Shown piece by piece: positions 40,985 through 60,798 of a stretch of 64,000 nucleotides of DNA (its first letter is position 1; each line of letters starts with the position of its first letter). Location: positions 310,001 through 374,000 of the forward strand of contig MCFH01000001.1 in the NCBI GenBank assembly GCA_002104945.1, read 5' to 3'. The position numbers and the translations under genes are program-made. Under the pieces are notes generated by a model. It did no database searches. It saw only the letters and a program-made list of their open reading frames with translations, and was not told the DNA's origin. The DNA comes from Piromyces finnis finn. Its lineage: Eukaryota > Fungi > Neocallimastigomycota.

Positions 40985-42240
40985 ATTTATGCGGATAAAG
41001 AATTACTAAAAGTTTTTATTGATAATATTAATAATTGCATTATTAATTCTATAATAGATTTTAAATTATTGAAAATGTTTTAAAAAATAATGTATTAAGA
41101 GAGGTATATAAAGAATTTAAATCTAGTGATGTTTTAATTAAATTATGTAAAAGTAAACAAGGAGAAATTATTAAATTAATTGAATGGCTTTTATCTATGA
41201 ATGTAAATATAGATTTAGTCGATGAAAATGACAGAACTGGTAGTATGTATTTAAGTATGAACGGAGAATTGAAAGAATTAGAACTTTTAATAAGATATGA
41301 TGCAGATATTAATTATGTAAACAGATATAATGAATCAGTTATTTCGATTATTATAAATTAATACAAGTTTAATAACAATCAATGATGCTAAATATATTTA
41401 AATGTATTAAATTATTTTAAATGTAATTTCAATGTAACAGTTAATGACGATGGGAATACAGCTTTTATGGCATTACTTCTACTTAATTCTTTATTTTTAC
41501 CTACAGATATTATTAATATTGTAAAAATAAATAAGAGCATTGATTTTTCAATAAAAAATAAATATCAAGAAAATGCTTCTTCATTGTTAATTAAGTTAAA
41601 TAATCAAGTTTTAATTTTTAATTTAATTAACCATCCAACCTTTGATTATAATTATAAAGACTTTGAAACTGGTAATAATTTAATTATATTAAGTGCCATT
41701 TCACAACCTAATGTATTAAATGAATTGTTGAAAAAAGAAAAATTGAAAGATAGAATAATGATATAAATACTAAAAATGAAAATGCATTAATTATTTCTAC
41801 TAAAGGAGGCTGTATCGATAGCGTTAAACTACTACTTAAATATCATATTAATATAAATCAGCAAGATATTTCAGGTAACACTGCTCTTCATTATGCTCTT
41901 ATTTTAGGAGATAAATATTTAATTAAATTATTATGCCAAAAAAAGGCAGACTATAATATAAAAAATAACGAAGATTTAACACCATCCTTGTATGCATTGA
42001 GGATTGGAAACAAGGAAATTATTTCAGTTATGACTAAACCTAAAAAAGAAATTAAAAGATCAAAATATAATGTTTCGAAAGTTTCATATGATAAAAATAA
42101 AAATAATTTCTGTTATATTTTCCCTAATAAAGTACAAAGATTTAGATAAAGAACTTATATTTAAAAATTCGAACCAAAATTTTTACCCCTTAAACATTGA
42201 CAAAAAAGAATTATTGAGAGAACTTGTTATTGGGTTAAGT
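40985..42240 (+). pseudogene. Ankyrin-repeat gene, intronless and disrupted (in-frame stops and frameshifts)
   Basis: Ankyrin consensus segments WLLSMNVNIDLVDENDRTGSMY, DDGNTAFM, LLLKYHININQQDISGNTALHYA, KKADYNIKNNEDLTP. Stops at 41359, 41383 and 41389; frame changes near 41090 and 41755. Confidence 0.75.
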
Positions 42241-43851
42241 ACTTTATAAAGTTTTATTTGATAAAAAATAAATTATATAAAAGTTAATAAATATAAAAAT
42301 TAAGCTATAAGATATATATAATTATAGCTAAAAATAAATAAATAAATGCATCAACAAGAAATGATAAATGTGAATATATATTTTAATATATTATTTTACT
42401 GAAAAAAAAAAATAGTACATAGTAGAAGTATTTCTTTTAAATACATATATAAAGTACATATAAGAATTATAATAATAATTATAATTTTTAATTTATTTGT
42501 TAAGCTGGTTTTCATCAGGTTTTATTTGAGAATCTTATTTTTTGTTAATTATATGTAATTAACGATAACCAATAAAATTGTGATGAATTAAAGGTAACAG
42601 AAATGTTTAAAGATTGATTAAAATGAAATAACTTTAATTTCTATTATTTAAGTGGTTTTAAAAGAAAATAAAGTATTGATAATAGAAATTTAAAATACAT
42701 ATAAACTTTTTTTTTTAACAATTTTATATAAGTAAATATATATGATATCTAAATGATTATAAATGCATTAAACTACAAAAATCAACAAAATGAATAATAA
42801 AACAAAAACACAAAAATTGCATTCAATATCTCAGAATTTCAAATTCATCAGTAATTTTTAAAATAATCAAAATGTGTTTATGCCAATTATTATTTCCTTT
42901 TAACTTTTTTTTTTAAAGACATCAAATTTCTTTTTAACTAAAATATTTTAATCTATATATAATAAAATTATTAATATAATTATGTTTTCCGTTTTTTTTT
43001 TTTTTTTTTAACTAAAGTTTATAACATTTTAAAACATTTATATAATACTTGTATTATAAAATAAAAGGGGAAAATATTAAAAAAAAAAAACTTTTATAGA
43101 ATTATATGTAATAAAAAAAAAAAAAAAAAAAATCAGAGTAATAATACTATAGTAATATGTAATATTAAAGATATTATTAGACATGTTATAATAACTATAA
43201 TTTGTTTTCAATAAGACTAAAGGATTGTTAGCATTAATTGTACTATAACTGTAAAATTGTCTTGTTTTGGATATTTCTTAATTATTGTTTTAAAAAGTCA
43301 ATATTGAAGAAAATAAAATATGCCACTTTGGTTATTTTATATTTATTGTTATTAACTTTCCTCCAATCTTTTTTTCTTTTAAAAATAACATTTAATGTAT
43401 TTTCCATTGAAATTTAAACTTCTTATTTTCATTTTTAATAACATACTATAAATTATAAAATAACTAAATTCTTAAAATATAAAAGAAATTTACAAAATTT
43501 AAATTCTATTTTTTTTTTTCTTTATACTGATACACAATACTATATTTAATATAAAAAAGTATGAATGTAATTTATTTTCAAGAGAATGATTTTTTTTTTT
43601 TTATTAAGATTAATATTATGTTATTAAAATGTAGATAATGATTTTAATTTATAAAAAATATTTTTATTTTATATAAAATCATATTTTTGTATTTTTTTTG
43701 TTATTTAATTATGAAAAATGCTTTTTACGTTTATATATATTTATTGATGATATTTACAAAGTTTATAAGTGATAAGCTATTTATGTATAATTAGAATGTA
43801 TTCTTATATTTTTATTTCATGACCTAAAGCTGTAGTATTAACATATAAACT

Positions 43852-44037
43852 TTACTTCTTTGGTTCATATGGACCAGATTCAGTAACAACTTCATTTGGG
43901 TTAGCTTGGTAAGTGTTAGTAGCTTCATTGTCGTTAGCTGGAACATTGTTAATTTTAACAGTTTCTGGACCACCTTCAGTTACAATATCATCGTAGTAAT
44001 CTCTTGGGTATGGAAGACCGTTATTTGGAGCGCTCAT
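43852..44037 (-). CDS. 61-aa acidic Pro/Asn/Thr-rich microprotein with an internal duplication; unknown function
   Basis: AAAATG start context as in neighbouring genes; GC-enriched island; synonymous codons skewed to TAC/AAC/GCT/GGT/CCA/AAG as in highly expressed genes; repeated motif DDIVTEGGP / NEVVTESGP. Confidence 0.75.
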   Translation of the reverse strand: MSAPNNGLPYPRDYYDDIVTEGGPETVKINNVPANDNEATNTYQANPNEVVTESGPYEPKK

Positions 44038-45598
44038 TTTATATATTTAATTTTTAATATCTATTTATAAATTAGTAATAAACTAATGAAGGAATAGAAA
44101 ATAAAAAGTAAAAGAAGCTATTTATATATGATCTTTAATTTTGTAACGCCACCACTCATTATTAATTAGGAACGGAGTTAAAGAAATACTTTGTGGCTGA
44201 TGCATTCTAAGATAATTCTTTTTTCCATATTTAGAAAAATCGGAATGATTCTTTGTACCCGTCAAATCAACCCTACCCATTTTACTATTACATTACTAAT
44301 TTTACTTATTAATGGCTATGGTGATAATATTGTTAATTAATAATAATTAATAATGATAATTATAGTAATGGTAATAGTTATTGTGATAATATTGCTTATC
44401 ATAATAAAAATAATAGTTCCTTTACTACCATTCCTATTCCTATTAATTATTTATATATTCATATTGTTATCCTGGTAGGTAGGTAGGCATATTAATTAAA
44501 CTTTATATTTGTAATTGCATAAATTGAATTTTTAATAAAAAAAAGTTTTAATCTAACATGTGATTAAAATTTAATTTTTAATATGCCCAAATAAAGCCAT
44601 AAATAATTATTGAAAAAGTAACAAATTGGGCAATATAAAAATTTTAAAAGAAAAATATTCTTTACATTTTATTTAATGTCAAAAAGAAAAAAATGTTACT
44701 ATGCTTAATTGAGAGACCTTTTTATCATAACATAATACACCTTAGAAACAGTTGAATAGAAGAAAAAAAAAAAGTGAGGAGGAAATTGATAATAAATATT
44801 AATATCATTTCATACAAAATATATTTGAAAGTGGATTTTTTAAGGAATTTAGAAAACAAATTTTTTATTATAAAATAAAATAATATTTATTAATTGTAAT
44901 AATTCATAGAAAATGTAGATAGAAAAAACTATGTTATGAAATAAGAAATTAATCAATTAATATATATACACATTTATAATTAAATATTAGCATCAATAAT
45001 TATTGTATATTATATTCATAAATATACTTGTGAAGAATGTATATATGTATTTTATTATATAAAATTTAATATTTATAATACTTTATTATTTTGTCAAAGT
45101 TTCGATTAATTTTATTTTTATTAATATTAAAATTATAATATGTATTAAATATTTAATGACAAAACTTAGCCTAAAATTAAATAAAACAGTATTTGAAAAA
45201 TGATTAAAATGTATGATATTTTATTCTTTTTGCTATTCTTCTTGTTATCCTTATTACTATTTAATAATAATAATAATTTCAAATTCCATTTTGAATTTAC
45301 TAGCTAAATCTATTTTTGAGCAATTAATTTCTTTTCTTTCTTTTTTTTTTTTTTTTTAGAAAAACTATTTAAATTTTCTTTTATAAAATACTTTTTCTTT
45401 TAAATTCTTTGTTATTCTCTTTTCATTGTTCTATGCTTAACCATCCTTTTAGTTAAAGTTTACTTTAATTCAATTTAATTTAACCAAAATTTTGTTCTTT
45501 TTTATTCTTTATAATAGAAAAAACCTAATGAAAATAATAATCTTTTTTAAATTTAAAATAATTTTTAATTTTTTAATATTAGTTTTTTCAAAAATACT

Positions 45599-45616
45599 TT
45601 TATCCAATCATATTTT
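45599..45616. promoter_or_regulatory. Candidate shared promoter element TTTATCCAATCATATTTT, copy 3, ~135 nt upstream of CNS1
   Basis: 18/18 identical to 14871-14888. Confidence 0.5.
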
Positions 45617-45743
45617 CAATCGAGGTTTTTAATATCAAAAGTTAAAATTAAAAAAAAAAAAAAATTTGATAATTCAACAATAATATTATTTATCATCTTT
45701 AAATTTATTTATAGAATATAATATTAAACAATTATAATTGAAA

Positions 45744-47397
45744 ATGGAAGAAGAAACCTTTGGACCAGATATGCCATTCAATTACAATCCTGGAATCAAG
45801 AGTGATCCAGAAGCTTTTCTTAAAGAAATGGATAGTATTCCATTATTTATGAATTCTCTTGATGATGAAGTCATTGAAGAAAATCCAACTCTTGCTGCTT
45901 TACAAGCTTTAAAGTATGATGGTACTCCAGAAGGTAAATATCAAATTCAAATATGAAAAATATATAAAATGAATTTATATATATTTCATTTATATATATA
46001 CTTTTTAATCATTGAAATTTCATGAAATTTTAAAAAATATATTATTATAAAATTATTTATATTTTTTTTATGGAAAATTATGGAAATATTTTGAAATATA
46101 AATATTATAAATTTAAATTAATTAAAAATATAATTTTCAATTATAATATATAATATTTTCTATACTCAATGCAATTAATAAAAATATTAAAAAAAAGAAA
46201 ATGCTAAAGATTTCAAGGACCAAGGTAATGAATGTTTCCAAGCTGGTAAACACAAGTACAAGGATGCCCTTCAATTCTATACAGATGGTATTGAACAAAA
46301 ATGTAAAGATAAGGAATTAAATTCTATTTTACATTCCAACAGAGCCGCAGTTAATTTAGAATTAGGTAATTTCGGTAAAGTTTTAAGAGATTGTGCAAAG
46401 GCTCTTGAATACAACCCAAATAATATTAAAGCTTTTTACAGATCTGGTAAGGCTTGTTATATTTTAGAAAAAATTCCAGAAGCTCTTGATTGTTGTGACA
46501 GAGCTTTAGCTGTAAGTATTGTGTTAAAGTAGAAAAATTAAATATAATCAATATAAATGGAATATAACATAATCTTTGTTCATTAATTATTAAATAAATA
46601 TATTTATTTAATAATAATAATAATAATATATAAAACCATATAAATAGCTTGATCCAAAAAATAAAGGTGTTAAAGATTTAAAGATTAAAATTTTAAGAAG
46701 AAAACAAGAACTTGAAGAAAAGGAAAAAAGAAGATTACAAAGAATTGCTGAAGAAGAAAAGGAAAAGCAATTATTAACCCAAACTATCAAGGTTAGTTAT
46801 AAAAACAAGTCAATAAAATAGAAAAAATAAATATTTTATATTTTCTAAATTAAAATGTAATTTATTTAATTATATAATTTTTATTATATTTGTTTGTTTT
46901 ATAAAATATATTGTCATTATCCATTATAAATAAATTAACAGGATAGAAAAATCAACATTGTTTCAAATAACGAATTTTTAAAAAAATACCCAGTACAAAA
47001 AGAAAATGCTGTTCGCTTAGATAAAGAAACTAAAGAATTATTATGGCCAGTATTTTTCTTATATCCAGAATACAAAGAATCTGATTTTATTTCTGGTTTT
47101 AATGAAAATAATACTTTTGAAGAACATTTAGAAGTTATGTTTGGTGATCCAAACAATCCAGCTCCATGGGATAAAGATCATGTTTATACTCCAGATAACT
47201 TAAATGTCTATTTTGAAACTTATTCAAAGAATGGTGAAAAGACCAAGTTATTAAAGGTTCCAAACAAGATGAAACTTAAGACTGTTTTATCTAATTCTAA
47301 GTTCACTCTTATTGATATGATTCCAGCTTTCATCATTTTACCAAAGAATTCCAAATTTACTGATGAATTTATTGACAATTTCTTACATAAGGAATAA
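45744..47397 (+). CDS. CNS1: Hsp70/Hsp90 TPR co-chaperone Cns1 (TTC4 family), 4 exons
   Basis: IPLFMNSL...LAALQALKYDGTPE; TPRs (FKDQGNECF, LHSNRAAVNLELGNF, IKAFYRSGKAC); C-terminal wheel-domain motif LWPVFFLYPEYKESDFIS.FNE. Confidence 0.92.
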
Positions 47398-48134
47398 ACA
47401 TTTATATTTTTCAAAATATTAAATAAATAATACAATACATCAAATTGAAATAAATCAACAGGATTATATTTTAAATTATTTTATATAAAATTTTAACGCT
47501 GTTATAATAGAATTAAATCTTAGTAAAAATAATAACTATCCTCTTTAAATTATTTATTACCATATAGATTTATATACAATACATAATATAAAAATCCAAG
47601 CGAACAAACAAAAAAATGAAAAAAAAAAAATAAAAGTAATAAAAAAAAAAAAAAACATTAGTATATCAACAACAACAATAACAATTAAAAGAAATAAATA
47701 ATTATATATAATTAAGAATAAAGGCAGAATTAAACCTATACTTTCCTTTAAATTATATATTATTAGTATAGTATGTGTTGGTACTAATTTAATTTATATA
47801 CTGTATATTATATTAAAACTATATAAATAATTTAAAACTTTTTTTTACATCTCCATCTATTTTTTTTAAAAAAATAAAAAATAAAAATAAAAATAAAAAA
47901 ATTAAAAAATATAAAGTTTGAAAGTGGTCAAGTGTGCCTTTTGCTGATTTTAAGTTTTCATACCAAGAACATAAAAATTAATTTACATTTATGATAATCA
48001 CGTGTATATCATTAATAGTAAAGAAGAAATATTGAAGTCATTGGTTAATTTATATTATATAATAATCATAATATTTTCCAAAAAAAAAAAAAAATAAAAT
48101 AAAATAAAAAAAATAATTTCTAATAGATTTTAAA

Positions 48135-49700
48135 ATGGAGGATACTAATATATATGTTCTTGGAGCAGGTTCAATAGGATGTTTATTTTCATATTATTTA
48201 AAAAAATATAATAATAATGTTATTTTAATAACAAGAGATAATAATACCAAAGAAAGTAAAAATCAAGAAACCAATTTTGAAAAGTCTCTTTCCGTTGAAT
48301 TTAAATATAAATCTTCTGAAGGAAAACTAATTGATAATGATACTATTCAATGTTTAGTTAAAACTCCAACACAAATTTCTAATAATAATGAAAAAATAAA
48401 GGTAATAATATCTGTTTATCTCTATTATAATATTTTTTAAATATATTTTTTATAGTATAGTTGGTTGTATACCCTAATTAAGAAAAGAATTTTCTTTCAA
48501 AAAAAAAAAAATATTATAAATTTTTAATTCGAGATGTAAATTTTACTCATTGTAAATACATTTGAATTTTTTTTATTTTTGTATTTTATTTTATTTTATT
48601 TTTTTTATAATAAAGTAAATATTTGAAATTTACTAATTTTAATTTCTTTAATGCACACCTATTATGTTTTTTATTTTTATATATATTATTTTTCAATAAA
48701 GATATTATTAATTACAACAAAATCACCAGATACCTTAGAAGCAATTAAAACAATAGAATCTTCTCTTCATTCCGAATGTACTATTATACTTATGCAAAAT
48801 GGCGTTCTTGGAACTTATTCCCTTTTAACAGAATATTTCTTAACAAAAAATAAACATTTAAATTCACCACTTCCAAGAATATTAGTAGGTACTACATCCA
48901 ATGGTTCCTACAGAATTTCACCACTTAATATTGTTCATGCTGGCAAAGGAACCACATATATTGGTGAACCAAATGGAGATTACACCACATTTTATCATGA
49001 AAACAATACTGGTTCAGATAATCTTGAATTAATCAATCATCAATTCTCACCACTTCAAGAACTTAATATCACTGTTTATACTGAGGCAAAAGATTATACC
49101 TTAAAACTTTTACCATTACTTCAAACAAAGCTTATCGTAAATGCTTGTTTAAATCCATTAACCGCATTGTTTGAATGTTTAAATGGTTGGATTGTAGATA
49201 TAATTGACACAGAGAGTCAAACAATAAAAAACATAAATACAAAGGATCATCCATGTAGTTCGATGATTAAAGAAATTTGTCAAGAAGCTGCATGGGTATT
49301 AGTTGATGATGCTAAAGATAAAATTAATAATGATAATAATAATCGTGAAAATGATGCTACACAAAATGACCAATCATTTAATTTTGAACTACCTATTTCT
49401 CTTAAACATTTATCAGAAAAGGCTAAAAGTCAAGCTGAAGAATGGGAAAAGAGTGTTATTGATGTAGCTAAAAAAACCTGTTTAAATAGAAATTCGATGC
49501 TTCAAGATATCGATGCTAAACGTGTTACAACTGAAATTGAATTCTTAAATGGTTTCCTTGTTAAAGAAGCTACAAAGAAATATATCCGTATACTTCAGGA
49601 ACATTCCGTTTTCGAAACACCTAATCAGCCTATCCTTAAAGTTAATGAAATGTTGGTTCGTTTAATAAAAATCAAATCTTGGATTCGTTCTCAAAATTAG
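48135..49700 (+). CDS. PAN5: 2-dehydropantoate 2-reductase (ketopantoate reductase, PanE/ApbA family), 2 exons (48135-48401, 48702-49700)
   Basis: Rossmann motif VLGAGSIG, ITTKS, MQNG, catalytic-Lys segment KLIVNACLNPLTAL, NSMLQD and TEIEFLNG. Confidence 0.88.
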
Positions 49701-50015
49701 AAATATTAATCATTTTTATTTTTCATTCTTAATGTAAATAATAATAATAATAATAATAATAATAGTAAATTTATTACTTTTTTTTTTTTTATTAATTCTA
49801 AGAAAAAACAAATTTTAGGATTCGAATGAATAGATATTTAAATGCATACAACGTTTTTCTTTTTTTTATTTTTTATTTTTTTTATTTTTATTTTTTACTT
49901 TTTATTATTATTATTTTTTTTTTTTTATTTATTTATCATGAAATGTGGTATATATCATATTATAGTAATTTTTTTTTTTTTTAAAAAAAAAGAAAAATTA
50001 ATCTGTCATATATGT

Positions 50016-50094
50016 AATAAAATAAAATAAAATAAAATAAAATAAAAAAAAAAAAAAAAAAAAATAAAAAAAATAAAAAAAAAAATAAAAAAAA

Positions 50095-50125
<31 letters not shown>

Positions 50126-50152
50126 ATAAAATAAAAATAAATAAAATAAAAT
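50016..50152. repeat. (AAAAT)n / poly-A low-complexity tract
   Basis: Direct reading. Confidence 0.8.
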
Positions 50153-50177
50153 AGTTTAAACATAATTGAAAAATAAT

Positions 50178-50209
<32 letters not shown>

Positions 50210-50636
50210 TATTTAAAGCAATAATATATTAATAGTAACATAAGATTAAGAAATAATAGGATTGTTATAATATTTCAAATTAATTATTATCATCACTTAT
50301 ATATAAATTTAATTCTATGAATATTTATATTGCTTTGCTTTGTCATATTGACATTTAATGATTTTGCTTTTTTTTTTTTTATTATTATAATTATCTTTTT
50401 TTTTTTTTCATTTTAATTTACTTAATTTTTCGTTTAGTTTGTTAATGAAATTACTTTGTATTTATTGTTGTATATATTAATTAATTTCAATTTTTGAAAT
50501 TATCATAATAACAATAATTTAAAAAGTAATGAGGATAAAAAAATAATAAATAGATTTACAAATAATAAATAGTAAGTGTTCTACTTGTATTGATATATTA
50601 AAAATAATATATATAGGTGTGTGTTTGTGTAAGCAT

Positions 50637-56070
<5,434 letters not shown>

Positions 56071-56516
56071 TATATTTTAAGATGCTTTCTTGATTTTTAT
56101 TTTATTTATATATTTATATTATATATATATATATATTTATTTATTCCTTAAAAAAAATAATATGTTTATTTCGCTTTTAGAGGTATATATAAATATTTAT
56201 ATTACTGAAAATATTATTTTATAATATTAATTTTTTAATACATTTACAAAGAGTATATTAGCATATTTTTTCCCTTTTTATATTATTTCTTTTTTTTATT
56301 ATTAGTATAAAATATAATGTAATTAATTCTATAAAATTGTTTATAAATAATTATTTTATTATTATCAAAAGAATTTTTGAAACCTGAAAAAAAAAAATGT
56401 TGGTTTAATATTACAATTAATATGTTGTTATTATTTTCAACTGTGTAAATTATAATTGATAGTTGATGTTATTTTTGCTATTATTTATATATATTATCCT
56501 GTATATATTATTTAAC

Positions 56517-56549
<33 letters not shown>

Positions 56550-57581
56550 ATAAATTTATACAAAATGAAGCAACTTTATTAAAAATATAAAAGATGAAGT
56601 TAATATAATGAAAAAAAAAAAAAAAGTTATTAGTAAATTTTATTAAAAATGCTATTTTATATAATAGAAATTTGTAGTGAATTTTGTTATTATTATACTA
56701 AAAAAATAAATGAATCATTATATATTTCATTAATAAAATTAATGTAAAAATTTAATCATCATTGTATAGTAATAACATAAATATATAAATTATATAAATT
56801 AAAAACTGATGAAAAACTAATTGTTTTATATATTAAAACAATGAAATAGATACTATAGGTATTTTCGATAAACGATATTATAAATTATATATTAATGTTT
56901 GGTGAATACACCTATTGTTGAATTATTATAAGTGTTTATATGCTACAATTAAAATTAGTGTATATAGTTAAATAGTATTACAATTTATAATATATCCTTA
57001 AAAAAATAAAAAGTATATAAATAAATATAATTACGATATTGATATTGAAATCGATATTCTTTTTTTTTTTTTTTTTATTTTAACTTTAAAATAAATTGTT
57101 ACTGTCGAAATAAAATATATATATATTTATCAATTAAGATTTCTTAAAAATTCAATTATATATTTAATATCATATATTTAAATTAATTAGTTTAATGTTA
57201 TATTTTTTTTGTATGTGCTTATTCTTGCCAATTGAATATTTTAGATGAAAAATCAATATTTATGAAATCCTTAGAATTTAATAATATTTTAAATAATATA
57301 TATAATAATGAAAAGCACTTTAATTATGTTTAATCTAATTTCTGTTAATGAAGAAATGATTTTAATAATGATAAAAAAAAAAAAAAAAAAAGAGTATTAA
57401 ATTTTAATAAAATAATCAATAAGAATATTATTGATAGCTATTATTATTGTATTATTATGTTATTATTGTAGTTATTGGGGGTGGTGGTAATGTTGGTGTT
57501 GATTGTCACTTTAATGTTTTTTTTTTTTTAATAGATAAAATAAATATTAAATAATTTCATTGATTTTTTTATATTAATAGA

Positions 57582-57647
<66 letters not shown>
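57582..57647. repeat. (TTA)n microsatellite
   Basis: Direct reading. Confidence 0.9.
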
Positions 57648-57649
<2 letters not shown>

Positions 57650-59323
57650 AATTTATTTAATTCTATCAATTTTTTTCTTTAATAAAACAAAACAAAACAA
57701 AGATATTTAAATTAATAAATCAATTAAATTTATTTTAAATATATGGATGTTACATATTTCTTTTAATATTTAATATATTGTGAATTAATTATTTTTATAT
57801 TAAATATATTAAATTAATATATTATTAAACATCCATCTTAATTTCATTTTAATTATAATAAAATGTGAATACTTTGAAGAAAAAAGATAAAAAAGGAATT
57901 ATAAGAAAAGCGAGTCTACCTACTGACGGATAAGGAAAAAAAGGAAAGATATATTAAAATAGAATTGATACTTTTAATTCAAAACTCTTTTATTTTTTAT
58001 TAAAAACTAAAAAGAGAGAATTTTATTTTTTATACAATTTTTTAAATTATATAATTAGTATATTTTTAAAGTATGTAGAGTTATGATGATTCAGAAAAAA
58101 ATTAAACTTTGTTATAAGATTAATATATGTGTATATTTAATGATTTCATTTAACAATTATTATTATTAGGGTAGAGAAAAGAAATAAAAACGGTTTTTAA
58201 ATATTTAACAATTTTAATGGTTTAAAATTGTTTAAACCTAGTTTATATATATATATATTATTTTATTACTATAATTATTATTTTAATAATAATCATTAGA
58301 ATACTAAATATATAATAATAATAATGAAAAACAAAACTGAAATGCATTTAAAGTGTAAATATATACTATCTAATTATTATATTTATATGTATAGACAAAT
58401 TTACATTCATTAGCTTTTGAATCTCATAAATAATTTTATAATAACTTTATTTGAGGATTCATTATTACTTAATATTGGGCACCATTTCTATTTTTTATTT
58501 ATACATAAATTATAATTTATTAAAATGAATATTTACTATTACATCGTTACATCTAAAAAAATAAAACTATTTATAGTATATAGCATGTTTAATTGTAGTT
58601 TATTTCATTTTATTTTTTGATAGTGATAAAAATGATATACATTACAATCTTGTTTATATAAGCAACTATAATAAATAATATTTTCAAAAAACTTTAATAA
58701 AAAGTGATTTATAATCATTACTGGTAACACCAGTACTATTACTTTATTAACATTCATATTATTATTTTTTAAATCAATTAGGCATCATTAGTATACAACA
58801 GATGAATTAGTAGTTTTTCTAAGTCTACGTTTGTTTTAATTTTATATTTATTATTCTTTCCACTCCTGTTTTTTTTCTAAGAAAGGGTTTGATTACTTTT
58901 TATTTAATAGTACAATTAATATTTATTGGATATCCTATTAATTAATTAATGCTATTTAAACTATCTGATTATACATTATCTAACAGATTAAAATAATTAC
59001 TATCATTATTATTTATAATAGGACATATGACTGAATAATCAATAGTCTTATTGATACCTAATTATTTTTTTATGGTTTTCATAGAAATATATATATACAT
59101 TTTTATTAATATAGTGTAATGGTTATTACTAAAAAACTTTTTAAAAATTCTCATTCTTATCAAAATAACCTATAAGAATATTTATTATATAAAATTTTAC
59201 TTTTAATTCTTTAAACTTGCTTATATCATTAATTCCTTAATAGTCAGTTCTAACAGTTTTGAATCGATTTCTAAATAAAAAAAATATGTATGATTTATAA
59301 TCAATTATTTTTTTAAATTATTA

Positions 59324-59324
<1 letters not shown>

Positions 59325-59368
<44 letters not shown>
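59325..59368. repeat. (TTA)n microsatellite
   Basis: Direct reading. Confidence 0.85.
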
Positions 59369-59539
59369 GTATATGAAATTAATTAGTTTATGTGTATCTT
59401 GAATATATAATAAAGTTTTCTTTTTTTATTGAACAATCACCTTTAACAATATAATTAAAAGATTTGCTAGAAAAAAAACTTTTATATATTTTTAAGCATT
59501 ATATGACTTATAATTTCCATAAAATTGATTGAAATAGTT

Positions 59540-60340
59540 TATATCCCCTTTATATCTTCATATATCTACATTAACACCAACAAACCATTTATAATTTTTA
59601 TTATTAACATCGTCTTTCAAATAGAAAAAATTACAATTACAAATTTAAAGATAATAGAGATGAAGATGGAAAACCCATTTAATATAAAAAAAGATATAAA
59701 TCTGAATAAGTATATAAAAAGTAGGATTAATCTATAATTGTGATAATAGTTTTTAGACAATTATAATAATGATTTCAAAAAATAGGGACAGTTATCCTAA
59801 TAACTTGAAATTACTATTACCTGACGATAATAGTAATAACATTAATAATAAATAATAATAATAATAAGTACTATTTACATAAAGGTCATGATAAAAATTG
59901 TAATGATACATTAAATCGCATCAAAATTAATGATTAATTCATAAAAAAAGATGATTATAACAATAAAATTAATGATAACAATTAAATTTAATAAAATAAT
60001 AATTATGAGAAGAATTTTATCATTAAAATATAAATTTATAATTTATAAATAAGAAAATATCAAATAATGATCTAGTAAAAATAATGTTAATAAATGAATA
60101 TAAAATTTATACAAATAAACTTAGATAATTAGAAAATACATTATATTTTAATGAAATTATATCCATCAATATTTAATAATGATGGTATAAGAAAAAATGA
60201 ATATAAATACTTATATTTAATTAGTGTCATAGAAAACGGTAATTTAGAAGATAAAAATAAAGAAGATGAATCATTATCATTGAATATAGATAATAATATT
60301 GACGATTTATTAGATTCAATAAATAGTAATAAGAATTTTT
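59540..60340 (+). pseudogene. Possible decayed coding relic of unknown origin
   Basis: Protein-like segments broken by stops (HRLSNRKNYNYKFKDNRDEDGKPI*YKKRYKSE*; ENGNLEDKNKEDESLSLNIDNNIDDLLDS); no family motif. Confidence 0.2.
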
Positions 60341-60719
60341 CATTATTTCAAAAAAAAAAAATAATAATAGTAATTACCATTCTTTATAGTAATTGTTATT
60401 GTTGTTGTTTAAAAATTAAGATTATATAAACCAAACTTTATTTTTTCTTTTTTTTTTCACTAATGGATAAAATATGAATATAATGTATAATGGTCATTCT
60501 AATTAAAATAGAAAGGCCATTATTATACTAAAGTATAATAATAATTGTATTTGACTTTAACGGGACTTGGTATAAAAGATTAAATAATTATATATAATTA
60601 TAATCGTTCAACATTTTTTCATGATATAAAATTCTGATATGATATTGTATATTTTTCTCTAAATAATTAAACAAAATAAAATATAAAATCATAGCATGTT
60701 TTAATAATAATAATGATAA

Positions 60720-60720
<1 letters not shown>

Positions 60721-60798
<78 letters not shown>
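60721..60798. repeat. (ATT)26 microsatellite
   Basis: Direct reading. Confidence 0.9.
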
